Shown: positions 8,426 to 17,652, counted from the stretch's first letter. The stretch is 47,193 bases of DNA from Deltaproteobacteria bacterium (GCA_026193235.1 JAPHSA010000045.1:1-47193); one strand, 5' to 3'. Made by a program: numbers and translations. Notes: a model not told the origin generated them from the sequence alone.

Positions 8426-9265
8426 ATGAAAAAAACAAACCTGCTAATCTTCACATTGTTGAGTTTGATCATCGCCCTTGGGGTGGCTATCTACCTGCAA
8501 TACCGTCCCGTTCAACAACAAACCGTAGAGACTGCCCAGCCAGTACTCCCACCGGAGCCGATAAAGAAACCAATTATTCACTATCCGGTTCCCAAACCCG
8601 TTGTGGTAGCTCAGACTCCATTAGAAAAACAGGAAAAAGAACAGGCGAAACAAGCACTACCACTTCCGGAAATACTACCGGCCATTCAAGACAGTGATCA
8701 AAGCATTCAACAGTCCCTTGAAAACTTACTCAGTGGGAAGCCGTTTTACAAGCTGCTATTTATTGAAAACTTCATTCAAAGATTAGTGGTTACCATCGAC
8801 AACTTGCCGGAGAAGCGACTCGCTAGAGCACATTTGCCGATCAAACCTCCTGGTGGAAAGTTTATCGTTTCCGGAACTGCTGAAGCGCCTCAAACTAGCA
8901 GCAGAAACAATAAACGGTATAGTCCCTACCTGTCGCTCATTGAAGCCATTGATCAGGATATGGCGCTTAAAGTCTATGTCCATTTTTATCCTTTGTTTCA
9001 GTCTGCCTATGAACAACTGGGATATCAAAACGCATATTTTAATGATCGCCTGGTCTTCGTCCTCGATCACCTATTAGCCACACCCAACCCGCCTGACCCC
9101 ATCCTGCTTGCTCAGCCCGCGGTTCTTTATACCTATGCAGACCCCAGTCTTGAAAAGTTGTCTGCGGGGCAGAAAGTCCTCTTGCGGATCGGGCAGGATC
9201 AGCGGTTCAGAATTATTAAAATTCTAGACAGCTATCACCAGCGGTTGAAGAGGTTACACCCCTAA
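8426..9265 (+). CDS. DUF3014-like membrane-anchored protein
   Basis: ATG 8426 with GGGAGA upstream. N-terminal TM LLIFTLLSLIIALGVAIYL and a Pro-rich linker. LPAIQDSDQSIQQSL...FIQRLVVTIDNLPEKRL matches the DUF3014 pattern as I remember it. The track start at 8339 adds 29 non-hydrophobic residues and is less likely. Confidence 0.7.
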   Translation: MKKTNLLIFTLLSLIIALGVAIYLQYRPVQQQTVETAQPVLPPEPIKKPIIHYPVPKPVVVAQTPLEKQEKEQAKQALPLPEILPAIQDSDQSIQQSLENLLSGKPFYKLLFIENFIQRLVVTIDNLPEKRLARAHLPIKPPGGKFIVSGTAEAPQTSSRNNKRYSPYLSLIEAIDQDMALKVYVHFYPLFQSAYEQLGYQNAYFNDRLVFVLDHLLATPNPPDPILLAQPAVLYTYADPSLEKLSAGQKVLLRIGQDQRFRIIKILDSYHQRLKRLHP

Positions 9266-9273
9266 AAAGAAAT

Positions 9274-9299
9274 AAGCCCAGACGCACGCGACTGGGCTT
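9274..9299 (-). terminator. intrinsic terminator downstream of the small-protein genes (may also stop DUF3014 transcription)
   Basis: AAGCCCAG (9274-9281) pairs with CTGGGCTT (9292-9299). On the minus strand the stem is followed by ATTTCTTTTT. Confidence 0.6.
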
Positions 9300-9327
9300 A
9301 TAGTTCTATCCACATAAACAGTAAATG

Positions 9328-9519
9328 TTATTCGAATCGACGTTCAGGACCTTGATAGGTTGTACTGGGTAGCCGCCTTACTGGATCGATCCCCGGATAA
9401 ACCCAACCATCCGCACGCTGAAATTTTATAATTCCATCAGCGTTAATCAAGCGCTGTAAGGCCTGAGGCTCAACCATATCCATCATGCCATCTTGGTATA
9501 CAACCGATACTTCTTTCAC
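9328..9519 (-). CDS. 63-aa conserved small protein, paralog B (function unknown)
   Basis: GTG start with GGAGG 6 nt upstream. Shares the motif Y-x-DG...F-x-R-x-x-GWV-x-x-G-x-DPVR...Y-x-GPERR with the ORF at 9657..9860. Confidence 0.75.
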   Translation of the reverse strand: MKEVSVVYQDGMMDMVEPQALQRLINADGIIKFQRADGWVYPGIDPVRRLPSTTYQGPERRFE

Positions 9520-9656
9520 TGGCTACCTCCATTGTTGATGCAAATTATATCAGCTAAAGATCAACAAAGAAAGAGCAAAGAGATAAAAAGCTTGTCATAT
9601 CAATATGTTAATTCAATAAAACTAATGGGGCCAGATGGAACTATTCCGGCGAATTC

Positions 9657-9860
9657 TCATAAAATCTTAGAGTCCCATTTTCGACGTTCAGGTCCTGAAT
9701 AACTACCCCGCAAAGTGCTCCTCACTGGATCAGTCCCGACCGTCACCCATCCCGCAGATCGCTCAAACTGCTCAATTTCGCTCATTACAATAAGCTCGTT
9801 AAGTTTGCGTGACGGAATCAGATCAATACGCCCATCTTTGTAACGTACACGGATCAACAT
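9657..9860 (-). CDS. 67-aa conserved small protein, paralog A (function unknown)
   Basis: ATG with GGAGA 6 nt upstream, only 17 nt after the stop of the P-loop/DRTGG gene. Paralogous to 9328..9519. Confidence 0.75.
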   Translation of the reverse strand: MLIRVRYKDGRIDLIPSRKLNELIVMSEIEQFERSAGWVTVGTDPVRSTLRGSYSGPERRKWDSKIL

Positions 9861-9877
9861 AAAAGTCTCCAGCTGAA

Positions 9878-10972
9878 TCAGTCCAGCAAAGCGTCAATGG
9901 CATCGAAGTTAAACCTTTTTTCTGCCAAGTCCGTAATCAAGCGAATCTTATGGGTATCTTCTGCGGTTAATTTAGAAACATCATCTCTGATCATTTCAAA
10001 AACAGTCGAAGAGGTTCTTCCAGCCAGCATATACGGAATACCACTACTTTCAATTATTTTCTGGGTGATATGGCTGATAACACCAACACCCGGGATAATA
10101 ATGCCGGCAATTTTATCGCGATATTCATCAAGTTGATAAAGGTTGGAAATTGTTACCAACAACTCATCTCGACTGCTATTAACAATGACCAAAGTTGATT
10201 CCTTTAACAATTCCGCAACCCTTTGCGCTGAAGCGGCGCCGATTTGTACATTATGAACAATGCGCTGTGCTTGCTCTTCAGTCGCATGTAGCTGGATATC
10301 CAAAACACCCGCAATGCGGCGCATTGTCGGGTTAGCCAAAATAGGCTGATAATTAAAGCCTCCAATGACTTGAATACCTTCATGCTCAAAAGCCATTTCC
10401 AGATATTTTAAAGTCTGCTCCCGTTTGCTGGGAATGATCTTATTCACCAATATAGCTTTAACCTCGGCCTGTTCCTTCTGAAACAGAGCCAGGTTTGTTT
10501 GTGATGAGTCAACAACGTTACCTAAGCCGCCCCCGGTGACCATCAGCACTGTAGCGTTAGTTGCTCTGGCAATTTGCGCGTTATTACAACCAAAGAGGGT
10601 TCCGACTCCGGTGTGCCCAGCACCTTCAATAATCAAAAAATCATTTTTTTTATCCAGTTGCTCGATGGCATCCAGCATTTGTTGCGCGATTAGCTCGCGC
10701 TTGAGCTCGCCATCCATAATTCGACGGGTATCACCTTGTTGCAAGACAAAGGGCGACATTAAATGAAGATCTTCTGTCAAACCAAAATAGCGCGCCATGA
10801 CCACAGCATCTTTGTCAGCAAACCGGCCTTGAAACTCAACCGGTTTGGGTCCAATCGGCTTAATGAAACCGACTTTGGCATATTTTTTTTTGGCCATATG
10901 CATTAACGAGAGACTTGTTGTTGTCTTTCCACTATTCATACCGGTTGCAGCAATAAATATTTTACGTGCCAT
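9878..10972 (-). CDS. stand-alone Pta-N-terminal-like protein: BioD/CobQ-type P-loop domain plus DRTGG domain (COG0857-like)
   Basis: MARKIFIAATGMNSGKTTTSLSL is a P-loop as in the N-terminal domain of long phosphotransacetylases. LIIEGAGHTGVG follows, and the C-terminal half is DRTGG-like (LVIVNSSRDELL). AAGGAG RBS before ATG 10972; the track start at 11038 is less likely. Confidence 0.8.
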   Translation of the reverse strand: MARKIFIAATGMNSGKTTTSLSLMHMAKKKYAKVGFIKPIGPKPVEFQGRFADKDAVVMARYFGLTEDLHLMSPFVLQQGDTRRIMDGELKRELIAQQMLDAIEQLDKKNDFLIIEGAGHTGVGTLFGCNNAQIARATNATVLMVTGGGLGNVVDSSQTNLALFQKEQAEVKAILVNKIIPSKREQTLKYLEMAFEHEGIQVIGGFNYQPILANPTMRRIAGVLDIQLHATEEQAQRIVHNVQIGAASAQRVAELLKESTLVIVNSSRDELLVTISNLYQLDEYRDKIAGIIIPGVGVISHITQKIIESSGIPYMLAGRTSSTVFEMIRDDVSKLTAEDTHKIRLITDLAEKRFNFDAIDALLD

Positions 10973-11111
10973 AACGATCAGCTCCTTGTCATTACATACT
11001 CTTCGGCTTCCTATAAAATAATTTAACAAAAATGTCACGTAATCTTTAGAAGCCGAGCAGAAAAAAGCGGTTTTTGTTAGAGTGATAAAAAAATTATTTG
11101 AGGAGACACCT

Positions 11112-12335
11112 ATGAAAAGTCAGACCATCCAGTTTAAAAATCAAGAAGGCATAACGCTCTCAGGTCGTATTGACCTTCCCGAAGATGAGAACCCTGCCGC
11201 TTGGGCGCTGTTTGCTCATTGCTTCACCTGCGGCAAAAGCCTTAAAGCTATCGGCCATATCTGTCGAGCACTCACCCAAAAAAATATTGCTGTACTGCGC
11301 TTTGACTTTACTGGATTAGGAAACAGTGAAGGCGAGTTTGCCACATCCAACCTTACCACGAATATAGCCGATTTACTCGCTGCAGCTGATTGGCTTGCGA
11401 CTAACCACACTTATCCGAGCATTCTGATAGGACATTCTTTTGGTGGTGCTGCAGTACTCCAGGCAGCTCAGCATCTACCTGAATTAAAAGCTGTTGTGAG
11501 TATCGCGGCCCCTTATGACCCACAACATGTCACACAGTTGATTGGCTCTGCCTTGTCAGACGTGCAAGCTCAAGGTCATGCCAAAATCACAATTGCGGGA
11601 CGAGAATTTACAATCGGAAAAGGGTTCATTGAAGATCTCGCTACTCACAAATCAAAGGAGCGGATAAAAAACCTCGGCGCTGCGCTACTGGTATTGCACT
11701 CCCCCAGTGACAAAACTGTCGACATAGAAAACGCCCGCCTCATTTATCAGGCAGCTAAACATCCAAAATCGTTTATCAGCCTTGATGACACGGATCATTT
11801 ACTGACCCGAGAAGACGATGCTCTTTATGCTGGAAATATGATTTCGAGTTGGGTATCGCGTTATCTGGATATTAAGGCCAAAAATGCTACCGGATCTCCG
11901 GCTGCGGACAACCGGGTTACGGTAAGAACAAGGAGCGAAGGCTTCTTTTCTGAAGTTCATGCTAACGGCTATGCCATGACGGCTGATGAACCTGTCAGCT
12001 ATGGCGGCACAGGCCGCGGCCCGACGCCCTACGATTATCTCCTGGTCGCCCTTGGATCCTGTACCAGCATGACACTACAAATGTACGCTCGCAATAAGAA
12101 GTGGCCTCTTGAGTCGGCTGTAGTTCGACTGACCCACAATAAAATACACGCTAAAGATTGTCAGCATTGCAAGACGGAGAAAGGGAAAATTGACCGGTTT
12201 GAAAGGGAGCTGGAACTGAATGGCAATCTCGACGCTGAGCAAAGACAACGACTGCTTGAGATAGCTGATCGCTGTCCGGTTCACCGGACAATCCACTCTG
12301 ATCTGATTGTTGCAACAACATTGAAGGAGCAGTGA
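11112..12335 (+). CDS. bifunctional alpha/beta hydrolase - OsmC family (peroxiredoxin-like) fusion protein
   Basis: GHSFGG nucleophile elbow in the N-terminal half. The C-terminal half, PTPYDYLLVALGSCTSMTLQMYA...CPVHRT, is an OsmC/Ohr fold with both Cys. GAGGAG RBS before ATG 11112. Confidence 0.85.
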   Translation: MKSQTIQFKNQEGITLSGRIDLPEDENPAAWALFAHCFTCGKSLKAIGHICRALTQKNIAVLRFDFTGLGNSEGEFATSNLTTNIADLLAAADWLATNHTYPSILIGHSFGGAAVLQAAQHLPELKAVVSIAAPYDPQHVTQLIGSALSDVQAQGHAKITIAGREFTIGKGFIEDLATHKSKERIKNLGAALLVLHSPSDKTVDIENARLIYQAAKHPKSFISLDDTDHLLTREDDALYAGNMISSWVSRYLDIKAKNATGSPAADNRVTVRTRSEGFFSEVHANGYAMTADEPVSYGGTGRGPTPYDYLLVALGSCTSMTLQMYARNKKWPLESAVVRLTHNKIHAKDCQHCKTEKGKIDRFERELELNGNLDAEQRQRLLEIADRCPVHRTIHSDLIVATTLKEQ

Positions 12336-12349
12336 GGTCCGAAGTCGAG

Positions 12350-12775
12350 TTATTGCTCAAACTCTGGGATTGTTGCCAAGAATTCACCCTTGTTACGGCG
12401 TTCCACCAAGGCTGCAAGCTCGCCGTAATGCCTTAACAGGAGCTCCAAGATAGCGGTAATTGTCACTGCTTTCACAATTACCGGCTGATATTTTGTTTGT
12501 TGAGCTATTTTGATAAAATTTGGGCTTTTCTGCTGTGCAATCAAAATATCGGCATCTTTGACAAGCTCAAGAATCTGCTTCATTTTACTGGTTTGTGCAT
12601 GATCAAGATCTTTAGCTACATTAGAACGCTGATCGATGAAGGGACTCTCCCCTTCTTTCGTAAGATCGTAAATCAGAAAAGCCTCCGTATCCCCCATATG
12701 AGTCTGAGCAATATTCTGATTATCATTAGACCCGATACAAATTCTGAGGTTATGCATAAAAAGTTTTTCCTTCAT
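12350..12775 (-). CDS. NifB/NifX-family (dinitrogenase FeMo-cofactor-binding fold) small protein
   Basis: RICIGSNDNQNIAQTHMGDTEAFLIYDL... is typical of the NifX/NifB C-terminal fold. ATG 12775 overlaps the upstream stop as TAATG. The first 90 aa of the 231-aa track ORF overlap the TSUP gene in another frame and are rejected. Confidence 0.7.
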   Translation of the reverse strand: MKEKLFMHNLRICIGSNDNQNIAQTHMGDTEAFLIYDLTKEGESPFIDQRSNVAKDLDHAQTSKMKQILELVKDADILIAQQKSPNFIKIAQQTKYQPVIVKAVTITAILELLLRHYGELAALVERRNKGEFLATIPEFEQ

Positions 12776-13128
12776 TAGCTGAAGAAAAGCAGTTTTGCCC
12801 CCATCAGCATTAATATGATACCCAGGAGATGTTTTAAGACCTCGTTTGGAAGTTGCGTGGCAAACTGAGCACCAATCAAGCTGAAGACGGCAAAACTGAC
12901 CATCACGACCAGGCCGGCTTTGATATCGACATAACCCTGTTGGTGATAGCGCAAAGCTGCCAACAAACTGATTGGAGCCGCAACAATAAACAGGGTTGTT
13001 CCCTGGGCAAGTTTTTGCGGAAACTTCGCAAAAATCGAGAGGCAAAAGATAATCAATGCCCCTCCACCAACACCCACAGTCCCCATAACCAAGCCGGCCA
13101 GGGAGCCGATGATAACAAGTTCAAACAT
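12775..13128 (-). CDS. half-size (4-TM) TSUP / TauE-SafE family membrane protein
   Basis: MFELVIIGSLAGLVMGTVGVGGGALIIF... has the G-rich TSUP motif. Four hydrophobic spans in 117 aa. Starts 31 nt after the dxs stop. Confidence 0.75.
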   Translation of the reverse strand: MFELVIIGSLAGLVMGTVGVGGGALIIFCLSIFAKFPQKLAQGTTLFIVAAPISLLAALRYHQQGYVDIKAGLVVMVSFAVFSLIGAQFATQLPNEVLKHLLGIILMLMGAKLLFFS

Positions 13129-13159
13129 ACATAAAACTTCTACTGAAGGGGGCAAGCTG

Positions 13160-15061
13160 TTAGCCCGCTGAGGCTTTTTGCCCTTGAAAAGACTGCGTTT
13201 GCATGACTACCGCTATAAGGCCTTCAGCGCTCAAACCCAACTGTTCACGCAGTTCGGCCTGAGTTCCCTGACCGACAAACTGGTCCGGAATGCCAACGCG
13301 TTTCAAAGAAACTGATACGCCATTATCGGCAAACAATTCGAGCAGAGCAGACCCAAAGCCACCTTGGAGTGAGTTCTCTTCTGCCGTGATCACAAAAGGA
13401 ACCCTTTCAGCTAATGAAAGGATCAACTCATCATCCAGGGGCTTGACAAACCGCGCATCCATGACTGCAATCGAGAGGCCCTGTTTATTAAGCTGTTCAG
13501 CAGCAATCAGGGCTTCATCAACCATGGTTCCAAGAGCTATAATTAAACCGTCATTACCATCTCTCAGCAGCTCGCCCTTGCCAATATCGAACGGCTCAAT
13601 TGTCTCCAGCAAGGGCAAACCAAGTCCGCTACCGCGCGGGTAACGATAGGCAAAAGGCCCTTCAAATTGACTGGCTGTTTTCATGATCCGCTGAAGCTCA
13701 ATTTCATTGCGCGGCACGGCAAAAACCATGTTGGGGATATGCCGCAGAAACGAGAGATCGAACACGCCATGGTGGGTTGGCCCATCAGCTCCCACTAGGC
13801 CACCTCTATCCAGAGCAAATGTAACTGGAAGATTCTGCAAACAGACATCATGAATAACCTGATCATAGGCCCGCTGCATAAATGTCGAATAGATGGCAAC
13901 AACCGGGTGCATTCCACGGCAAGCGAGACCCGCCGCAAAAGTAACGGCATGCTGCTCGGCGATACCAACATCATAAAAGCGCTCCGGCAGAACCTCGGAA
14001 AACTTTTTCAGCCCTGTCCCCTCGGTCATTGCCGCAGTTATGGCAACGATACGCTCGTCCTCTTCAGCAAGCCCGACCAGTGTTTCACTAAAAACACTGG
14101 TATAGGATGCCGCACTGCCCGGTTTTCCGCCTTTGACTATCCCCGTTTCCGCATCGAAAGGGCCGACACCGTGAAATTTTGGTGGGTTTTGTTCAGCTGG
14201 CAGGTACCCCTTGCCCTTTTTGGTCAAAACATGCAATAAAACCGGGCCCTTGATCTGGGCAACATTGTGCAGGGTTTCGATGAGTTCGTCGATGTTGTGG
14301 CCATCCAGAGGACCAAAATAATCGAAGCCAAAGCCCTCAAAAAGCATCCCCGGCGTCATAAAACTTTTTAAAGACTCCTCAGCGCGCCTCGCCAGATTGA
14401 CCAGATCACGACCAATTCCCGGCACGTAGCTCAACAGGTGCTCAGTTTCCTTTTTAAAGCGAATGAACGTGTCCGAAGTCATTTTACGACTGAGAAATGA
14501 CGAAAGAGCACCAACATTTGGCGAGATCGACATTTCATTGTCATTCAAGATGACAACCAACTTTTGTTTTAGATGCCCCGCCTGGTTAAGACCTTCAAAC
14601 GCCATACCGGCAGTCAAAGAGCCGTCGCCTATCACCGCGACGACCTTATTATCCTCTTTCAGGATATCTGCTGCTGCTGCCATCCCCAGAGCGGCAGAAA
14701 TTGAGGTGCTGGAATGGCCGACTCCAAAAGCATCGTGTTCGCTTTCAGAACGCTTCGGGAAACCACTGATGCCGTTGAATTGACGCAATGTTCCAAATTC
14801 TGTCTGGCGACCGGTCAATAATTTGTGAGCATAAGCTTGATGACCGACATCCCAGATAATCTGATCTTTCGGCGAATCAAAAATACGATGCAGGGCAATG
14901 GTCAGCTCAACAACACCGAGAGAGCTACCAAGGTGCCCGCCATTGGTAGCCACGGTAGAGACGATCTGTTCACGCAGTTCCTCAGCCAATTGTGGAAGTT
15001 GGTTTTTACTCAACCCCTTCAATTCAGCTGGTGATTTTATTTGTGAAAGCAATGTTGCCAT
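13160..15061 (-). CDS. dxs: 1-deoxy-D-xylulose-5-phosphate synthase
   Basis: 633 aa. [33 protein letters not shown] (TPP motif) and [14 protein letters not shown] show full-length similarity to Dxs. Confidence 0.97.
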   Translation of the reverse strand: MATLLSQIKSPAELKGLSKNQLPQLAEELREQIVSTVATNGGHLGSSLGVVELTIALHRIFDSPKDQIIWDVGHQAYAHKLLTGRQTEFGTLRQFNGISGFPKRSESEHDAFGVGHSSTSISAALGMAAAADILKEDNKVVAVIGDGSLTAGMAFEGLNQAGHLKQKLVVILNDNEMSISPNVGALSSFLSRKMTSDTFIRFKKETEHLLSYVPGIGRDLVNLARRAEESLKSFMTPGMLFEGFGFDYFGPLDGHNIDELIETLHNVAQIKGPVLLHVLTKKGKGYLPAEQNPPKFHGVGPFDAETGIVKGGKPGSAASYTSVFSETLVGLAEEDERIVAITAAMTEGTGLKKFSEVLPERFYDVGIAEQHAVTFAAGLACRGMHPVVAIYSTFMQRAYDQVIHDVCLQNLPVTFALDRGGLVGADGPTHHGVFDLSFLRHIPNMVFAVPRNEIELQRIMKTASQFEGPFAYRYPRGSGLGLPLLETIEPFDIGKGELLRDGNDGLIIALGTMVDEALIAAEQLNKQGLSIAVMDARFVKPLDDELILSLAERVPFVITAEENSLQGGFGSALLELFADNGVSVSLKRVGIPDQFVGQGTQAELREQLGLSAEGLIAVVMQTQSFQGQKASAG

Positions 15062-15117
15062 TTTTTTCCTGTCTAATTTGAGTCAGCATTTACCAACCAC
15101 GTGCCGTAAGCATAGCC

Positions 15118-16023
15118 TTAGAACGATCGATCAACAATATAGTTGGCAATTTCTTTCAAAGGTCGCGCTGTTTCATCGAAAACATCTAACGATGACAACG
15201 CTATTCGCTGTAATTCACGGGCGCGTTGTCGCGCTCCGTTGATCCCAAGCAGCGCGGGGTAAGTCGCCTTGCCTCGCTGCAAGTCGCTGCCGACATCCTT
15301 ACCAAGCTCGGATTGATCTGCAATGATATCGAGGATATCATCGGCAACCTGAAACGCTAAACCAGCAGCCTCGCCATAGCGGCACAAGGCACGCCGTTGT
15401 ATGGACGATGCTCCTCCGAGAATGGCACCAATCTCAACCGCAGCGAGAATCAGAGCTCCGGTTTTATGTGTGTGGATATACTCGAGGGTCGGCAGATCAA
15501 CTGTTTTCTCCTCCGATTCCATGTCAACCGCCTGCCCCCCGACCATCCCACGTGACCCCGCATTTTTGGCCAGAAGATGGATCACCTCCCGGCAATGAAT
15601 CACGGAAGTATCATCCCAGACTTCTGGATTAGAGAGAAGAATAAAGGCTTCTGTGAGCAACCCGTCACCGGCCAGGATAGCAGTTGCTTCGCCATAAACT
15701 TTATGGTTCGTTGGTTGCCCACGGCGGAAATCGTCATCATCCATTGACGGTAGGTCATCATGAATCAACGAATAACTGTGTATCATCTCTAGTGCACAGG
15801 CTGCCGGCAAAACACAGTTAAGATCGCCACCGACAGCCTCACAGGCTGCCAGCATTAGTATCGGTCGGATACGTTTCCCGCCGGCGAAAACCGAATAGCG
15901 CATAGCTGCGTGCAAACTTGAGGGCAATGTGTCAACCGCTGGTAAATACTGATCCAGAGCTGATTCAATCAGCCCGGTCCGTTCCTCTAAATAGGGTTGC
16001 AACTGCCAATTATTATTCGTCAT
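15118..16023 (-). CDS. ispA: farnesyl diphosphate synthase (polyprenyl synthetase)
   Basis: FARM motif LIHDDLPSMDDDDFRRG and SARM motif FQVADDILD. Sits between xseB and dxs, as in E. coli. Confidence 0.93.
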   Translation of the reverse strand: MTNNNWQLQPYLEERTGLIESALDQYLPAVDTLPSSLHAAMRYSVFAGGKRIRPILMLAACEAVGGDLNCVLPAACALEMIHSYSLIHDDLPSMDDDDFRRGQPTNHKVYGEATAILAGDGLLTEAFILLSNPEVWDDTSVIHCREVIHLLAKNAGSRGMVGGQAVDMESEEKTVDLPTLEYIHTHKTGALILAAVEIGAILGGASSIQRRALCRYGEAAGLAFQVADDILDIIADQSELGKDVGSDLQRGKATYPALLGINGARQRARELQRIALSSLDVFDETARPLKEIANYIVDRSF

Positions 16024-16252
16024 TCAATGGCTTCCGCTGAAAAGATCCGTCGTCCTGCTGAAGCAGCTGTTCAACCCTCAATTCAATATCCTGTAAAGAC
16101 CGGCGGCAAATATCTGCCTGTTTAATTCCAGCAGCAAAAACCTTTAACGACTGATCCAAAGACAGCTCTCCCGATTCCAACTGGTCGACGGAATCCTCAA
16201 GTTTTTGCAGTGCCGATTCAAAACTCTTTGTTGTCGCCATTTTCACATCCAT
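16013..16252 (-). CDS. xseB: exodeoxyribonuclease VII small subunit
   Basis: FESALQKLEDSVDQLESGELSLDQSLKVFAAGIKQADICRRSL is typical XseB. The start could be ATG 16252 or ATG 16240. Overlaps the ispA start by 11 nt. Confidence 0.9.
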   Translation of the reverse strand: MDVKMATTKSFESALQKLEDSVDQLESGELSLDQSLKVFAAGIKQADICRRSLQDIELRVEQLLQQDDGSFQRKPLNDE

Positions 16253-16312
16253 TTTGGTTTAAGAGTTCAATTATCAATATCTGAGGAGCTTTGCGTCAAG
16301 TGCTTATATCAT

Positions 16313-17521
16313 TTATTTCGCATTTTTTCTCTTCATTGGAGCCACTGTTGCTGCAATCTCTCCTTTTGCCAAGCGAATCAGCAATTCATCCCCTTCCGTA
16401 ACCTGTGTAGGAGCCTCAAGAATTGATCCAGTCTTTAGATCTGTCACTATGGCATAGCCACGTGACAGCACCGCCAATGGGGACAGCGCTTCAAGTTGAC
16501 CGGTCAGTATGGCAAACCTCTGCTGTTGCTGTTTTAAGATACCTGACATCGCTTGCCGCTGCCGGGCTTCAAGGTGTTGAAAATGAAGGCGTTGCCGCCG
16601 GATAAGCTCTTCAGGTGCTTGCAGCCGCTTTTCTAAACCTTGGAGTTGACTGCGGATAAGCAGTAACTGGGACCGTATTTTATCAGCCAGGCGCAAGCAT
16701 AACTGATCAAGATGACGTTCAAGATCAAGTCGATTCTTAACAACCAGTTCAGCTGCTGCACTCGGTGTCGGAGCTCGTAAATCAGCAACCAGATCAGAAA
16801 TTGAAAAATCAATCTCGTGCCCAACAGCTGAGATAACAGGTATTCGTGATGCATGTATAGCGCGGGCAACAACCTCCTCATTGAAAGCCCAGAGGTCTTC
16901 ACGAGACCCTCCACCGCGTCCGATAATCAAAACATCAGAGCTTGCTTCCTGATTTAACTCCTGTATGGCCAGAGCTATCTCCTGTGCGGCTCCCTCACCC
17001 TGAACACGAACGGAGCGCAACAAGACCCGCAACCCTGCCGAACGCCGTTGAAGAACATTCAGTATATCCTGGATTGCTGCCCCGGTTGCCGAAGTAACGA
17101 TACCAATGGTTTTGGGAAAAGCAGGCAATGATTGCTTGAACTTTTCAGCGAACAAACCTTCAGCCTGTAATTTTTCTTTTAGTTGGTCAAAGGCCAGTTG
17201 CAGGCTGCCAACCCCTTCGGGTTCTATAGCCTCAACAATCAATTGCAAATCACCACGTTGAGGGTAAACGGAGACACGGCCCCGACAGATAACAGCTAAA
17301 CCATCTTCTGGCTTAAAACGCAAAACCCGGGCGTGGCTGCGGAACATGGCACAGCGTACCTGAGCTTTATTATCTTTCAGGGTGAAATAATAATGCCCCG
17401 ACGCAGGCTGTGAAACGTTACTCAGCTCGCCCCGGACCAACACCTCAACAAAATTATCTTCAACCAGTTCCTGAATACAGGCAATCAAGGTTGAGACTGA
17501 AATGGCTGCAGATATATCCAT
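16313..17521 (-). CDS. xseA: exodeoxyribonuclease VII large subunit
   Basis: 402 aa. N-terminal OB fold (VRGELSNVSQPASGHYYFTLKD), GIVTSATGAAIQDI and IIGRGGGSREDLWAFNEE. Confidence 0.95.
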   Translation of the reverse strand: MDISAAISVSTLIACIQELVEDNFVEVLVRGELSNVSQPASGHYYFTLKDNKAQVRCAMFRSHARVLRFKPEDGLAVICRGRVSVYPQRGDLQLIVEAIEPEGVGSLQLAFDQLKEKLQAEGLFAEKFKQSLPAFPKTIGIVTSATGAAIQDILNVLQRRSAGLRVLLRSVRVQGEGAAQEIALAIQELNQEASSDVLIIGRGGGSREDLWAFNEEVVARAIHASRIPVISAVGHEIDFSISDLVADLRAPTPSAAAELVVKNRLDLERHLDQLCLRLADKIRSQLLLIRSQLQGLEKRLQAPEELIRRQRLHFQHLEARQRQAMSGILKQQQQRFAILTGQLEALSPLAVLSRGYAIVTDLKTGSILEAPTQVTEGDELLIRLAKGEIAATVAPMKRKNAK

Positions 17522-17591
17522 TGGAAGATACTATTACCTTTACAACATTGCTTTAATGCGAGATCAACATTATAGCCAGCCTCAACGAGGA

Positions 17592-17620
17592 TTGACAGGA
17601 CCGAGCGATTCCCCTATAAA
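17592..17620 (+). promoter_or_regulatory. sigma70-type promoter for the ParA-like gene
   Basis: TTGACA (17592-17597), 17 nt, TATAAA (17615-17620). Confidence 0.5.
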
Positions 17621-17652
17621 AACTTAGTTTTTATCAAAAAGATGAGGAACCC

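Noticed and set aside
9493-9702. 69-aa plus-strand ORF spanning the spacer between the two small paralogs.
   Set aside because: It overlaps the ends of both well-supported minus-strand ORFs, lacks an RBS and has low-complexity composition.
12776-13045. The N-terminal 90 codons of the 231-aa track ORF (12350..13045).
   Set aside because: This part overlaps the TSUP membrane-protein gene in a different frame and translates to Cys/Arg/Gly-rich low-plausibility sequence. The NifX-like homology begins only after the internal ATG at 12775, which forms a TAATG junction with the upstream gene.
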